This document shows positions 62,497 to 64,000 of a stretch of 64,000 nucleotides of DNA, piece by piece. The stretch is from an uncultured Candidatus Rokubacteria bacterium. Its GTDB lineage: Bacteria > Methylomirabilota > Methylomirabilia > Rokubacteriales > DASRDR01. Each line of letters opens with the position of its first letter. Positions within the stretch are counted from its first letter, which is position 1. Under the pieces are notes generated by a model that searched no databases, had not been told where the DNA came from, and saw nothing but the letters and a program-made list of their open reading frames with translations. The stretch lies in the NCBI GenBank assembly GCA_963805625.1, contig CAWDVE010000004.1:125923-189922 (forward strand), written 5' to 3'. Both the position numbers and the translations under genes were made by a program.

Positions 62497-63361
62497 ACAC
62501 GAGGACTGCAGCTCACCGTCCAGCTGTCTGGACCAACGCGCGACTTCATATGCCCCCCAAATCACGCCGGATGGTCGGTCCTCGTTCCGGGAGGCCGGGA
62601 GGCCTTCAACCCCTCCCCTGGTCTTGAGAGAGCAGCTGAAGCTGGTTCCGGTGAATTCCTGCCTGTGATAGAAGAGGAGCGCAGGGTCGAAGTCCCAGAG
62701 CGGCGGGTTCGTCGCGTAGAAGTAGCTGTCGGAGGCGATGAACGTAGCACAATAGTACACATACCATTGGCCGAGACGGTTAGGGCGGCACACAGCGGGC
62801 CGATCATCCAGACGAGGAGCGTGTTGCTCTGGGCGAGGTGAACCGTCCGGTCGACCACGCGACTTTGGCCAGGGCCCTCCAGCATGAGGACGGTCTCCCG
62901 CGGATTCAGCACCAGGTTGGCTAGCACGACCTGCGCGTGACCGTTTGGACCGTTCTCCACCCGGAGCTGACCGCCCTTGTCGGGCTGGCAGGCGGGAAAC
63001 CGCTCGATCGCCGGCAGCGAACAAAGCGAGCGATGGTCGCGACGGGGTGAACTGGATCTCGGCATCGCCGCGAGACGACAGTCGCTCGAACTTGCCGCGG
63101 TGCCCTGGAAACAGTGCAGTGGTGCACAGGAACGTGTGCAGTTGAGCGACCTCGAGCATGGTGACTCACCGTATCCATTCGGAAACTCTGAGGGTGTTTG
63201 GTGGCATTCCGGTTGCACCCCTTGGAGCGCGTCGTCGTCGCCACGGAAGGCCCCGCTCGGGAACGGGGGGCACGGGGCCGAGCGGCCGACGGCGAACGGC
63301 ACCGAGTCGTCGAGGGGCAAAAGGAGCAGTCGGTCCGCGCCGTTGGACTCGTGTGCGATGC

Positions 63362-63390
63362 TTGACACGCGGTTCAGCGCATAGTAGAAG
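63362..63390 (+). promoter_or_regulatory. Possible sigma70 promoter of the ferredoxin
   Basis: TTGACA-N17-TAGAAG. Confidence 0.45.
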
Positions 63391-63474
63391 TTGACCGGTC
63401 CGGCGCGGGCCGTTCCGCGTCCAGGGATCGCGGAACGCAACTGACGCTCCGAACACCACCTCGGGGAGGATTCG

Positions 63475-63741
63475 ATGCCCTACATCATTGCCGAGCCGTG
63501 CATCGGCGTGAAGGACAAGGCCTGTGTGGAGGTCTGCCCGGTTGATTGCATCTACGAGGGTGACACGATGCTGTACATCCACCCCGAGGAGTGCATCGAC
63601 TGCGGCGCCTGCGAGCCGGTGTGCCCGGTCAAGGCGATCTTCGCCGAGGACGAGACACCCGATCAGTGGAAGCAGTACATCGACCTCAACAAGCAGTTCT
63701 TCAAGGACCATCCGGGGGTCAAGCCTGCGACCAAGAACTAG
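63475..63741 (+). CDS. fdxA: 7Fe (FdxA-type) ferredoxin
   Basis: CIGVKDKACVEVCPVDC and CIDCGACEPVCP; GGAGG RBS. Confidence 0.9.
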   Translation: MPYIIAEPCIGVKDKACVEVCPVDCIYEGDTMLYIHPEECIDCGACEPVCPVKAIFAEDETPDQWKQYIDLNKQFFKDHPGVKPATKN

Positions 63742-63763
63742 CGCTCGACGCCGGTCGGGTAAG

Positions 63764-63805
63764 GCACGAAGGGCGTCACCGCGCGGTGACGCCCTTCGTG
63801 CGTTT
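63764..63805 (+). terminator. Intrinsic terminator-like hairpin
   Basis: 17-bp perfect stem GCACGAAGGGCGTCACC-GCGC-GGTGACGCCCTTCGTGC followed by GTTT. Confidence 0.7.
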
Positions 63806-63894
63806 GGATACACGCCAGCGCCGTGGCCGGGTCCCCCGCGCGACGGGTGGGGGATCCGAGGAGCTGGCGCGGTCCGGGGCGGCCTGTGGGGCGC

Positions 63895-64000
63895 GTGACA
63901 GCCGCGCTCGGCGCGGTCCGGGGACTCTTCCGGCCCCGCCGGAGCTACCGGGAGCTCGAGGGCCTCGAGGAGATCTCGCGGGCCTTCGAGGCCATGACGG
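63895..64000 (+). CDS. Possible gene start running off the window
   Basis: Open frame from GTG (…YRELEGLEEISRAFEAMT) with GC-rich third positions; too short to assign. Confidence 0.3.
   Translation, partial: MTAALGAVRGLFRPRRSYRELEGLEEISRAFEAMT

Overview
High-GC (~70% by eye) bacterial chromosomal window. The gene content (expanded Tat-type peptide-binding proteins, cyclase-like/STAND/TPR proteins) suggests a Rokubacteria/Methylomirabilota-like organism; this is inference only. In order, it holds: an NrfD plus molybdopterin oxidoreductase module; a GT87-like membrane glycosyltransferase; a ThDP enzyme; a fused indolepyruvate:ferredoxin oxidoreductase; an internally deleted REP-associated tyrosine transposase (RAYT); a TCA operon (acn-icd-mdh-sdh x3-sucCD-ndk) with biotin carboxylase and carrier genes; four tandem peptide-ABC binding proteins with permeases; a sigma54-activator/STAND fusion facing a sigma54-driven operon of small unknown genes; a two-gene operon hidden by in-frame TGA codons; rhaEW-like, LLM (deleted), ThDP and fumC genes; an FmdB-GNAT-MshA-like cluster; a complete dpp-type ABC system; an ALS-like enzyme, an alpha/beta hydrolase and a ferredoxin. 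Three signals stand out. (1) A 29-bp GGGGTCAGACTTTGACTTCCCGACATTTC repeat family (9 copies, mostly inverted doublets) is tied to the RAYT, supplies the stop codons and GV(R/K)L tails of three core enzymes, and abuts the start codons of others. (2) Two adjacent, apparently exported selenoproteins (a Cys-free peroxiredoxin-like protein and a UxxC TlpA-like protein) each have a SECIS-like hairpin. (3) A bEBP-HTH-cyclase-like-STAND-TPR fusion lies divergent from a consensus -24/-12 promoter; three such promoters in the window all drive small uncharacterised proteins.
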